DNA from: Patescibacteria group bacterium
Lineage (GTDB): Bacteria > Patescibacteriota > Microgenomatia > UBA10105 > UBA927
Reading direction: 5' to 3'
DNA: 64,000 nucleotides
Assembly: GCA_018821245.1 (NCBI GenBank)
Contig: JAHJMO010000002.1
Location: 9,231-73,230, forward strand
Positions within the stretch are counted from its first letter, which is position 1. Each line of letters begins with the position of its first letter. Both the position numbers and the translations under genes were made by a program. The notes beneath the pieces were generated by a model. It did no database searches. It was not told the origin of the DNA and worked only from the letters and a program-made list of their open reading frames with translations. Shown piece after piece: positions 8,832 through 16,978 of this stretch.

Positions 8832-8904
8832 TGGGAGATCGTCCAATGGTAGGACAACAGACTCTGGATCTGTTTATCTAGGTTCGAATCCTAGTCTCCC
8901 AGCC
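8832..8904 (+). tRNA. tRNA-Gln (anticodon CTG)
   Basis: Hand-folded cloverleaf: acceptor UGGGAGA/UCUCCCA (U1-A72 and G73, typical of bacterial tRNA-Gln), D-arm GTCC-AATGGTA-GGAC, anticodon arm ACAGA-CTCTGGA-TCTGT (anticodon CUG), T-arm CTAGG-TTCGAAT-CCTAG. CCA is not encoded. Confidence 0.8.
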
Positions 8905-8931
8905 TAGATCCTAACGTGGGATGTACGCATA

Positions 8932-9291
8932 ATGTCCAAGAGGACACTTGTTGCGGAGAATGGCGTTTTAACGTTCTATGGAAAAACTAAATTTTCTTGG
9001 GGAGAATTACTTATTATTGGAGTGACAAAAAAATTCAGTATTGGCGTTGATACGATAGTTCCTCATAAGGAAACCGACAAAGAAGGTACGTATTTAAAAA
9101 AAGGTCGTGTGATGTATTTTGTAATCAAAGGAAGAGGACTATGTGGAGACAAACCAATTAAAAGTGGCGATATCCTGCAGATTAAAGAGGGGCAAAAGAT
9201 AAACATACAAAATAATTCTTCAAAAAAATTAATAATCATAACAATCTATATGCCTCCGTATAACGAAGATAATATTGGATATGAAACATAG
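8932..9291 (+). CDS. hypothetical small protein, possible cupin-like beta-barrel
   Basis: 119 aa, AT-rich, with a weak cupin-like G-x5-PHKE...E...G pattern. First gene downstream of tRNA-Gln in the low-GC island. Confidence 0.3.
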   Translation: MSKRTLVAENGVLTFYGKTKFSWGELLIIGVTKKFSIGVDTIVPHKETDKEGTYLKKGRVMYFVIKGRGLCGDKPIKSGDILQIKEGQKINIQNNSSKKLIIITIYMPPYNEDNIGYET

Positions 9292-9439
9292 CGCAAGACA
9301 GGCAACAAGAATTTACCATACACAACTGTATACTGATAAGAAATTATTTCGGAAAGGCGCGTCGTGGTTAGATAAGCCAGAAAAATAAATTCTTTCAGTT
9401 ATTAAGAATAATTTTCTTGGCAAAAAGAACATTAAAGTT

Positions 9440-9982
9440 TTGGATTTGGGTTCTGGGGTGGGAAGAAACGCAATTCCTATAGCTCAAATGATTGGGAAAT
9501 CAGGTGGAGAAATTATTTGCGTGGATTATCTTGATGTCGCAATTGATAAACTACATGAATATATAGAACTATACAATGTAAGTAAATATATAACAGGCAT
9601 TTTTTCTTCACTTGAAGATTTTGTTATAAACCCAGATGATTACGATTTCATCATCGCCCATAGTGTTTTAACTCACATGGAGAATAAAGAGAAAATGATT
9701 CAAACAATGAAAGATATGGCAAAGGTCACAAAGAAAAACGGTTTTGTGTATATGTATGTAATTACTAATCACAGAGAATTTGATAGAAAGACAGGAAAAG
9801 AACAGAAACTTGAAGATGAGGTAGAGATTGGCTTTGACGAAGCATGTTCATTTCTCAAGAATATTTATAGTGGATGGACAATACTGGCATTAAAGAAACA
9901 TCCGTATGAGGAAACGTTTAACAGACGAGGCAAAGAAATACGTTGGAATGTTGACTATTTGTTATTTATAGCAAAAAAATAA
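9440..9982 (+). CDS. class I SAM-dependent methyltransferase (N-terminally short or truncated)
   Basis: Starts at motif I (LDLGSGVGRN) with an acidic residue after beta2 (VDYLD). A TTG start and an in-frame stop at 9386 leave at most 17 aa upstream of motif I. Confidence 0.6.
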   Translation: MDLGSGVGRNAIPIAQMIGKSGGEIICVDYLDVAIDKLHEYIELYNVSKYITGIFSSLEDFVINPDDYDFIIAHSVLTHMENKEKMIQTMKDMAKVTKKNGFVYMYVITNHREFDRKTGKEQKLEDEVEIGFDEACSFLKNIYSGWTILALKKHPYEETFNRRGKEIRWNVDYLLFIAKK

Positions 9983-9993
9983 CAATAATAATC

Positions 9994-10014
9994 TCTAGAC
10001 CGGCCAGCTCAGCT
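9994..10014. repeat. post-stop inter-cassette motif copy 1 (tcTAGACCGGCCAGCTCAGCT)
   Basis: Shares the consensus AGACCGGCCNGCTCAGMTCAGG with copies after three other consecutive genes. Confidence 0.7.
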
Positions 10015-10018
10015 AAAT

Positions 10019-10516
10019 ATGTCAACAGAAATTCATCAAGATATAAACAAAGCAATACTTATTGTGCGTGATGCAGGGAGATGGCTAAAAGAGAGTGGAA
10101 AAAATCCTTCTAAATGGTGGTTATTAAAAAACCTCAATAAAAAATTTCTTTTAAAGTATGCAAAACCTGAAGAATTTTATGTAGCTTTAGTTGATAACAA
10201 ACCTGCAGCTGCAGCCGTACTTCAGTTTAGTCAAAAAGCTCAAGATTGGAAAAGTATTGATAAAGATAAACTCAAATCCGTTCTTTATATCCATTGGCTT
10301 TGTGTTCACAGAAAATTTGCAGGAAAAGGTTTTCCGAAAATAATGGTTGATTTTGCAGAAAAGTTAGCCAAAGAAAAAAACGTTAAACTTTTACGAGCCG
10401 ACACTAACGCAAAAGAGATGAAATTGAGAAAAATCTACGAGGATTTAGGGTTTAATTTTGTCGGCGTTGAGCAAGAAAATTATCGCCATACAGCCTTTTT
10501 TCAAAAAAAGATATAA
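10019..10516 (+). CDS. GNAT family N-acetyltransferase
   Basis: ...LYIHWLCVHRKFAGKGFPKIMVDFAEKLAKEKNVKLLRADTNAKE....IYEDLGF. GNAT motif A (R/Q-x-x-G-x-G/A) and the overall topology are present. Confidence 0.7.
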   Translation: MSTEIHQDINKAILIVRDAGRWLKESGKNPSKWWLLKNLNKKFLLKYAKPEEFYVALVDNKPAAAAVLQFSQKAQDWKSIDKDKLKSVLYIHWLCVHRKFAGKGFPKIMVDFAEKLAKEKNVKLLRADTNAKEMKLRKIYEDLGFNFVGVEQENYRHTAFFQKKI

Positions 10517-10521
10517 TTGCC

Positions 10522-10545
10522 CTGGATCGGTCAGCTCAGATCCTG
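10522..10545. repeat. post-stop inter-cassette motif copy 2 (ctGGATCGGTCAGCTCAGATCCtg)
   Basis: Same motif family; it has internal dyad GGATC...GATCC. Confidence 0.65.
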
Positions 10546-10601
10546 AAAAAAGACATCTTAGCTCTCAGCCAAAGGTAGATTTCAACAGCTTTGGAGGAAC
10601 C

Positions 10602-10639
10602 CATCCGTATGTGTCTAGCTAGCACACACCGGGTGTGTG
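10602..10639. repeat. 38-bp dispersed element copy 1 containing the perfect inverted repeat CACACACC-G-GGTGTGTG
   Basis: catccgtatgtgtctagctagcacacaccgggtgtgtg is identical to 11900-11937. It also contains the CTAGCTAG palindrome. Confidence 0.8.
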
Positions 10640-10650
10640 AATTATATATT

Positions 10651-11274
10651 ATGTTCAAAAATAAATTATTTTTGATTATTGAAACCGGTTATTTGTTTAT
10701 TTTCCCTTTGATTTTGCTGCGCTTTTATCCAACCTTCATTCACTACCGCATTTATGTATTGATGGGCAGTCTCATTTATATTTTTATTGTGGTTTATTCT
10801 CAGAAAATTACCAGTAAAAATCTCGGGCTTAATCCGAGCAGATTCTTTCCGGCAACCAAAGCGCTTTTTATACCTACTGTGCTTAGTATGTTACTGACTT
10901 TTGTTTTCTTTCAACTCGCAAGAAAGTGGTTAATAATTCCTGTGCTTGTTGAAGAAATTCGAACTCCTTCTATAGCCGTTTCTGTTTTAACTTATATTTT
11001 TGTTTCGGCTCCACTGCAAGAATTTGTGTATCGCGGCTACTTAGTTTCCAGACTGGAAATCGTTTCTCGTAATGCAACTTTTATAAAACTTTATAGCGCA
11101 ATAATCTTCATGGTAATTCACACGCCGTTTTACAATTGGTTTTTACCATTGGGTTCGCTAATTTTAGGCTTGCTCTGGACTGGTAATTTCCTTACATATA
11201 GAAACGTTTATGCCTTAATGCTGAGCCATACTCTAATCGGAGCCACGTATATTATTCTGATGGGTATGAGTTAA
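10651..11274 (+). CDS. CPBP family intramembrane metalloprotease (CAAX protease/Abi-like)
   Basis: Polytopic membrane protein with CPBP motifs QEFVYRG (motif 1), FMVIHTPF (FxxxH, motif 2) and SHTLIG (motif 3). The ATG at 10651 is preferred over the TTG at 10591. Confidence 0.65.
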   Translation: MFKNKLFLIIETGYLFIFPLILLRFYPTFIHYRIYVLMGSLIYIFIVVYSQKITSKNLGLNPSRFFPATKALFIPTVLSMLLTFVFFQLARKWLIIPVLVEEIRTPSIAVSVLTYIFVSAPLQEFVYRGYLVSRLEIVSRNATFIKLYSAIIFMVIHTPFYNWFLPLGSLILGLLWTGNFLTYRNVYALMLSHTLIGATYIILMGMS

Positions 11275-11283
11275 AAAAGGTCC

Positions 11284-11309
11284 CAGACCGGCCCGCTCAG
11301 CTCAGGCCC
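11284..11309. repeat. post-stop inter-cassette motif copy 3 (cAGACCGGCCCGCTCAGCTCAGGCCC)
   Basis: Same motif family, followed by a hairpin ctgacgggcag...ctgcccgtc. Confidence 0.7.
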
Positions 11310-11403
11310 TGACGGGCAGGGGTCTTTGGTATCCTGGTTCACTGCCCGTCGGCTTTACCGAAGGCAATGCAGGTAGGGAATCCAGGCTGGGCAGCAAATA
11401 ATT

Positions 11404-11817
11404 ATGAATACACAAAAAATAACAGCTAAGTTAAAATCATTTTATCCTGGCAGGAAAGTTATAGTTACTGATCCCCTGAATCCGACTGAAATTATTTGTG
11501 AAGTCGAACTAACAGAAGAACATCCGAAGTGGAGTGTTGCTGTTGCGGTCATCGATTCTACTCGTTTACATTACCATAAGCGGTTAACAGAGATATATCA
11601 TATTATGAGTGGTAAATTGAACATGTATCTTAATGGCCAACTGCACCAGCTACAACAAGGCGATATTATAAAAATTCCTCCAAACACACGTCACTATTCC
11701 ATTGGTAATGAAACTATCGTGTATGTCTATGCAACACCTGGTTGGGCGCCTGAGGATCATGTCTTGGTGATTGATAAAAAGGAAATATCCAGAAAGAAAT
11801 ACGACAAGAGGTTCTAG
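11404..11817 (+). CDS. cupin domain protein
   Basis: HYHKRLTEIYHIMSG ... GD.IKIPPNTRHY fits the two-motif cupin pattern; 137 aa. Confidence 0.6.
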   Translation: MNTQKITAKLKSFYPGRKVIVTDPLNPTEIICEVELTEEHPKWSVAVAVIDSTRLHYHKRLTEIYHIMSGKLNMYLNGQLHQLQQGDIIKIPPNTRHYSIGNETIVYVYATPGWAPEDHVLVIDKKEISRKKYDKRF

Positions 11818-11840
11818 ACCGGCCTGCTCAGATCAGGACC
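11813..11840. repeat. post-stop inter-cassette motif copy 4 (tcTAGACCGGCCTGCTCAGATCAGGACC)
   Basis: Here the TAG inside the motif is the stop codon of the cupin gene. Confidence 0.7.
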
Positions 11841-11899
11841 CAGGAAGAATTTTCCGGTTCACGGCCAAAGGCTGATTCTCGACAGTTGTGAAGAGCTTT

Positions 11900-11937
11900 C
11901 ATCCGTATGTGTCTAGCTAGCACACACCGGGTGTGTG
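11900..11937. repeat. 38-bp dispersed element copy 2 (inverted repeat CACACACC-G-GGTGTGTG)
   Basis: Identical over 38 bp to copy 1. Lies about 215 bp upstream of the hydrolase gene. Confidence 0.8.
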
Positions 11938-12153
11938 CAAACAAATTCTCTGCAGTATGAAGCGCAAAGGAGAACCGGTACAGAAGAGAGCGGAACTGAA
12001 GATGGGTAATCCCGATGACGGATAGGAATAGGTCTGGATGTTTGGTAAGATAGTCTAGGTTCATAGGGCAGGACACCTCCTGCCTCTAGTGTAGTATCAA
12101 AAGCTATTTCACTACAACTCTATTTACATACACTTTACTGGGATAGTTTATAC

Positions 12154-12879
12154 ATGAAACAGATTGAATTTTTGGTCAATAATCGAATACTTAAAGGAAC
12201 GCTCTTCTCCTCTCACAACATCAAAGCAAAAAATCCCGCAATTCTCTTTATTCATGGATGGACGAGTGAAAGAGCAAGAAGTTATCAATATGCAAATGCA
12301 CTTACAAAACTTGGCTACATTTCTTTTTTGTTTGATATGAGGGGGCACGGCGAAAGCGAGGGCGATATAAATAGCTATACACCGAAAGAATTCTTTGCTG
12401 ATGTTCTAGCGGCTTATGATTATTTAGCCAAGGTTGAAAATGTAGATAAGGAGAATATCAGTGTTGTGGGCAGCAGCTTTGGATCATATCTCGCAGCGCT
12501 CCTAACCACTAAAAGGAATGTTAAGCGTTTAGCTCTCAGGGTTCCAGCTGATTACCCAAACGAGAATTTTAATAAATCTAAAATACAATCCAGTGGAAGC
12601 AGTAATCCCAAACTGGTATTATGGCGTAAACAAATAAAGAAATCACCGGAAACATTTGCGCTTGAGGCGATTGCTAGTTTTGACGGAGAAATTCTGATAA
12701 TTGAATCGGGGAAAGACAACTCTGTTCCTCACCAAACAATCCAAAATTACATAAACGCAATAAATGACAAAAATAAATTAACTCATATCGTAATGAAAAA
12801 CGCACCGCACAGCATAAAAGAAGGTCCGTTCAGAGACGAGGTAGAAAAAATTTTGGTAGATTGGTTTAAAAAAGGATAG
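12154..12879 (+). CDS. alpha/beta hydrolase (dienelactone hydrolase / esterase-like)
   Basis: HGW oxyanion region, nucleophile elbow VGSSFGS, later Asp/His (ESGKDNSVPH), ~240 aa. Confidence 0.65.
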   Translation: MKQIEFLVNNRILKGTLFSSHNIKAKNPAILFIHGWTSERARSYQYANALTKLGYISFLFDMRGHGESEGDINSYTPKEFFADVLAAYDYLAKVENVDKENISVVGSSFGSYLAALLTTKRNVKRLALRVPADYPNENFNKSKIQSSGSSNPKLVLWRKQIKKSPETFALEAIASFDGEILIIESGKDNSVPHQTIQNYINAINDKNKLTHIVMKNAPHSIKEGPFRDEVEKILVDWFKKG

Positions 12880-12881
12880 CT

Positions 12882-12900
12882 GCACACGCCGGGTGTGTGC
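12882..12900. repeat. degenerate third copy of the inverted repeat (GCACACGCC-G-GGTGTGTGC)
   Basis: One mismatch relative to a perfect dyad. Located between the convergent hydrolase and 12912..13358 genes. Confidence 0.6.
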
Positions 12901-12911
12901 GTTGCATCGCA

Positions 12912-13358
12912 TTAATGGAAGTACTTCTTGATCTTCTCCAGATCTCCGTTGATAAAAATCGGCAGGAGGCCGTAGATTTCTTCTTTGTGAACTAATTCTT
13001 CTGAAATGGGCCGATAGATAAAAATCGGTTTTTTGAGAAAAAAAGCTAAACCCATTTCCATGAGAGTATTTCCTCCGATATATCCTTTCATCCCTTTTTT
13101 CTCCAGATTTACAACCAAAATTGCATCCGCTTGAGTAATCTTGCGGAAATGACCGCGAATGAGGTCTGCCTTTTTGGAATAATCTCCGGGATTACTCCAC
13201 CAGGTTTTGTAGTGAGACACCTGATAATCTCCTTTCTTGCGCATTATGTCTGCGGTTTGGGGAAGCAAAACTTTGAACCCTAACTTGCGCAATCGGTCTC
13301 CAATCTCGACAACCTCCTTAAAATGTACCGCGCTGGAACAAACGGCGATAGATTTCAT
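12912..13358 (-). CDS. nucleoside 2-deoxyribosyltransferase-like / flavodoxin-fold protein (putative)
   Basis: IAVCSS...GDRLRKLGFKVLLP...ADAILVVNLEKKGMKGYIGGNTLMEMGLAFFLKKPIFIY resembles PF05014-type proteins. Confidence 0.35.
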   Translation of the reverse strand: MKSIAVCSSAVHFKEVVEIGDRLRKLGFKVLLPQTADIMRKKGDYQVSHYKTWWSNPGDYSKKADLIRGHFRKITQADAILVVNLEKKGMKGYIGGNTLMEMGLAFFLKKPIFIYRPISEELVHKEEIYGLLPIFINGDLEKIKKYFH

Positions 13359-13388
13359 GGTATAACTATTTCATGGGGAGTCCAATCA

Positions 13389-13796
13389 TTAGAGGCTGTT
13401 AAGATCGGCATTTATATCTTTAAAATCCGCTTCGTCTGTCGTAAGTTGTGTGCCTTCGAGGTCCTTGGTGATATCAACAGTTGTATCCGTTTGCGTCAGA
13501 GTCGGTGTGGGCTGGACCGGTATCCCGCCAGTCCCGAAGCCTTCGTTTGGCTGGGAAACTTCTGTACGGATCTCGGGAGTGGTGCCCTCTGGGAGTTCCG
13601 TAGACGGCCGTTTCAGCATGAAAAAATAATACGCACCTGCACCAGCCAGGAGGACAACAATCAAAAATACGATCACCCAAAGCAACCCTGATGAATGTTT
13701 GACCCGGGGAGGAGGAACAACCATATCAGAAGCTTGCTGATCTTGCGATGCAACGGGTTGTTCTATTGGCGGTTGTTGGACAAGTTGATCTGCCAT
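13389..13796 (-). CDS. hypothetical single-pass membrane protein
   Basis: Central TM helix LLWVIVFLIVVLLAGAGAYYFF with a Pro/Gln-rich N-terminus; GC-rich codon usage like the host genome. Confidence 0.4.
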   Translation of the reverse strand: MADQLVQQPPIEQPVASQDQQASDMVVPPPRVKHSSGLLWVIVFLIVVLLAGAGAYYFFMLKRPSTELPEGTTPEIRTEVSQPNEGFGTGGIPVQPTPTLTQTDTTVDITKDLEGTQLTTDEADFKDINADLNSL

Positions 13797-13798
13797 AA

Positions 13799-14566
13799 TT
13801 ATTGCGACGCGGCAGCCGAGGCTGCTGACGTTACCGTAGAAACTTCATCTATTCCCTGTATGGATTTGAGCTGCCCAAACACCTTTTGGACTGCCGTCTG
13901 TGCCGTTTTAAGGCTTGCCCTCACAGCACCCAGATCTTCCTGAAGCTTCTTGACGGTCGCACCAACTTCTGTCTTTGCTGTCGTATCATCTGTTACCACA
14001 AGTTGATATCCTTTTGCTTTCTGCGCATCGACCATAGCCTGCGAGGAGGCTATTGCAATTCGAGCTTCTGTAATCGCTGTCTCTATGGAGGAAACATTTT
14101 TCCCCGCGGCTTTTGCTTTCTCGGTACGGGACTCTATTTTATCCAGAACGGTAGAAAGCCGCTCGAGAAATTTAGTAAAATGCTCCGTCCTGGCGGTATT
14201 GATCGCCGAAAGTCTCTCTTGAATCCGCACGGCAATCTGTTTCTTTTTCCCGTCCTTCATATCCTTAATCCTGGCCTGGATGGCGACCTTTTTCTCCGCA
14301 GCTTTATTTTGCATCTCCTGTTTCTTTACCTCCCTTACTTCTTTCAATTCCTGCCAGCGCTGTTTTACTTCTGCTTTTGTCTCTTCTCGATTCTGAAGAG
14401 CAGCTTCTTTGGTTGCCTGAATACTATTCCTGACCGCCTCGTCCGCTTGCGATCCAACTTTCTGGTTGCCCATGGCGTTAGGCGCCGAGAAAACGACCGG
14501 GGCAAAAACCAACAATGCTGAAACAAAAACTACGCCGATAATAACTTTTCTTATCATTAAAACCAT
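13799..14566 (-). CDS. secreted coiled-coil protein (hypothetical)
   Basis: Signal-peptide-like start MIRKVIIGVVFVSALLVFAPVVFSAPNA followed by Lys/Glu/Ala-rich coiled coil. Start candidates are at 14566 and 14557. Confidence 0.45.
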   Translation of the reverse strand: MVLMIRKVIIGVVFVSALLVFAPVVFSAPNAMGNQKVGSQADEAVRNSIQATKEAALQNREETKAEVKQRWQELKEVREVKKQEMQNKAAEKKVAIQARIKDMKDGKKKQIAVRIQERLSAINTARTEHFTKFLERLSTVLDKIESRTEKAKAAGKNVSSIETAITEARIAIASSQAMVDAQKAKGYQLVVTDDTTAKTEVGATVKKLQEDLGAVRASLKTAQTAVQKVFGQLKSIQGIDEVSTVTSAASAAASQ

Positions 14567-14626
14567 AATGGCATGCCGCAAACTTTCTGTCAATAACATA
14601 CCTCAGTATGTGATACAATCCATAGC

Positions 14627-15502
14627 ATGCAGGACATACAAAAAAAAGCGGGTGTTGCGGCGCTTATCGGCCGTCCGAATACAGGAAAATCAACGCTTCT
14701 TAATAACATCCTGAAACAGAAGGTGTCCATCACATCCCCCAAGCCGCAGACTACGCGGTTCTCGATACGTGCCGTCTATGAAGAAGAGCGCGGACAGATC
14801 GTATTTGTCGACACACCGGGAATTTTTGCAAAAGCAGTAGATCCGCTCGCCCGGCACATCAACCGACAAGCACATAACGCACTCTCTCAAGATTTAGACG
14901 TACTTCTTTACGTCATCGATCACACGCGTCGGCGCGACTTTGAAGAAAATAAGACCCTTGGACACGTACGGAAAATCAGCTCCCCGAAAATACTCGTCAT
15001 CAATAAAATCGATGTACGGAGCCCAAGCTACATCGTCGAATATAAATTCATGGAAGAAGAATTCGACCATGTCGTAGAAATTTCCGCTCTCACCGGAAAA
15101 AATATCCCCACGCTTCTGGATACAATATTTTCGTTCCTGCCCAAACAGGCACCAATCGTAGACACTTCTACCATGACCCAACCGGCGCTTAATCTCGACA
15201 GTAAAACATTTATCGCAGAGATTATCCGCGAAAAAGCGTTTCTTTTCCTTCGCAGAGAAGTCCCATATCGTTTAACGACTACGATTGATAAGCTCATCGA
15301 ACGCGATAATGGCACGCTTTATATCAAAGCACGGATCCTGACCAACGACGACCGTTATAAAGCAATGATCGTGGGGAAGAAAGGCGCGATGATAAAGGAA
15401 ATCAGCATGGCCGCACGCAAGGAACTGGAAACAGCAACCAACAAAAAGGTTTATCTGGAGCTAACCGTTGAGACTGATCCGCACTGGATAGAATACCTAT
15501 AA
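14627..15502 (+). CDS. era: GTPase Era
   Basis: G1 GRPNTGKST, G3 DTPG, G4 NKID and a C-terminal KH domain; 291 aa. Confidence 0.88.
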   Translation: MQDIQKKAGVAALIGRPNTGKSTLLNNILKQKVSITSPKPQTTRFSIRAVYEEERGQIVFVDTPGIFAKAVDPLARHINRQAHNALSQDLDVLLYVIDHTRRRDFEENKTLGHVRKISSPKILVINKIDVRSPSYIVEYKFMEEEFDHVVEISALTGKNIPTLLDTIFSFLPKQAPIVDTSTMTQPALNLDSKTFIAEIIREKAFLFLRREVPYRLTTTIDKLIERDNGTLYIKARILTNDDRYKAMIVGKKGAMIKEISMAARKELETATNKKVYLELTVETDPHWIEYL

Positions 15503-15526
15503 TGAAATCCTAAATACTATTAGGAT

Positions 15527-16936
15527 TTAGATTTTCGAATTTAACCGTTCTAGAATTTCTTCTTTCCCGAGAATTTCTAAAGACTCCAGAAGCGGCGGGC
15601 CGACGGTTTTACCTGTTACTGCAATACGAATTTCCATAAATAAATCTCTCGCTTTCAGCTTCGCGGTATCTGCCGCATCACGGATCGATTTCTCCATCGC
15701 ATCATGGTTCCACGCACATGATTCAAGTGCAACCCTCCCCACCTTTAAATGAGCATCCTTTAAAGGTCTCTCAAAAGCTTTCGGGCGTTCGAAGAAAAAC
15801 CCGGCAAGCGACATAAATTCCGCGAGAGTCTTCATACGCTCTTTCACCAGCGGAATAATTTTGTCTACCAATGCGTCATGTTCGCGTGTTAATATGCTAA
15901 GGTGCTGATATATTAATTCCTTTAGTTCTTTGTCGCTTTTGGCGCGGATATATTCGCCATTCATCCAGCGGAGCTTCTCAATATCAAATATCGGAGCGCT
16001 TTTTTGAACAGCTTCGATCGTAAACGACAGAACTGCTTCTTTAACACCAAAAAGGTCTGTTGGCTTTGCTTGTGAAGTGTCTTTCGGCATCGACCATCCT
16101 AACGTCATTAAGTAGTTGACCAAGGCCTCAGGCAATATACCCATCTCGATATACTCGGTAACGCTTGTCGCGCCATGACGCTTACTCAATTTTGTCCTAT
16201 CGGGAGCATACAGAAAAGAAAGATGCGCAAATTGAGGAATAGGATGTCCAAGTGCCTCAGTAAGTAAAAGCTGTCTCGGTGTAAGATTTAAAAAATCTTC
16301 CCCACGAATAACATGTGTGATTTTCATTTCAATATCGTCTACCGTTGCGGCAAAATTAAGGAGCGCGCTCCCGTCGCTTCTGGCGATTACAAAGTCTCCA
16401 AACAACGACGCATCCACATCTATATCCCCTCGAATCATGTCACGGAAGACTATGCGCTTCTGCGGCGTACGGAAACGGACAACAGGCTTTCTCCCTTCGT
16501 TTTGAAACGCCTCCTTTTGTTGCTTTGTCAGGTGACTGCATTTACCGCTATATTTGGTGGGGATCTTTTTCTCTTTTTGTTCTTTCCTTTCTTTTTCCAA
16601 CTCCTCCGGCGTACAAAAACAATAATATGCTTTATCCTGTTTGAGAAGCTGATCGATATATTGCCGATAGCGTCCAATCCGTTCGCTTTGGCGATATGGT
16701 CCGTATGGGCCGCCAATATCAGCGCCTTCATCCCACTTGATCCCTAAAAGTTTCAACCCGCGAAGAATACTATCCTCATATTCCTTTTTTGAACGAAGAG
16801 GATCGGTATCATCGATCCGCAAAATAAATACACCACTGGAGTGTTTTGCAAAAAGATAATTGAATAGTGCAGTATGTGCGGTCCCAACATGAAGATATCC
16901 AGTTGGCGACGGAGCGATGCGGGTGCGGACGTTCAT
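15527..16936 (-). CDS. gltX: glutamate--tRNA ligase
   Basis: Class I aaRS with HIGH-type motif HVGTAHTA and KLSKR (KMSKS). Start taken at the internal MNVRTRIAPSPTGYLHVG. Confidence 0.85.
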   Translation of the reverse strand: MNVRTRIAPSPTGYLHVGTAHTALFNYLFAKHSSGVFILRIDDTDPLRSKKEYEDSILRGLKLLGIKWDEGADIGGPYGPYRQSERIGRYRQYIDQLLKQDKAYYCFCTPEELEKERKEQKEKKIPTKYSGKCSHLTKQQKEAFQNEGRKPVVRFRTPQKRIVFRDMIRGDIDVDASLFGDFVIARSDGSALLNFAATVDDIEMKITHVIRGEDFLNLTPRQLLLTEALGHPIPQFAHLSFLYAPDRTKLSKRHGATSVTEYIEMGILPEALVNYLMTLGWSMPKDTSQAKPTDLFGVKEAVLSFTIEAVQKSAPIFDIEKLRWMNGEYIRAKSDKELKELIYQHLSILTREHDALVDKIIPLVKERMKTLAEFMSLAGFFFERPKAFERPLKDAHLKVGRVALESCAWNHDAMEKSIRDAADTAKLKARDLFMEIRIAVTGKTVGPPLLESLEILGKEEILERLNSKI

Positions 16937-16978
16937 AACATTGATTCTAGCATCTAACCACCGTATACTCAAAATAGA

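Noticed and set aside
9983-12910. Possible CRISPR array, because of repeated GC-rich motifs between AT-rich segments
   Set aside because: Repeat units are not identical and are spaced 500-1300 bp apart with full protein-coding genes between them. CRISPR repeats are 25-50 bp identical units with 25-70 bp spacers, so this does not fit. It is treated as an inter-cassette motif instead.
9983-12910. Classical integron attC sites
   Set aside because: No RYYYAAC ... GTTRRRY core sites could be found at the unit boundaries, and there is no intI gene in the window. Only the cassette-like organisation is reported, not an integron call.
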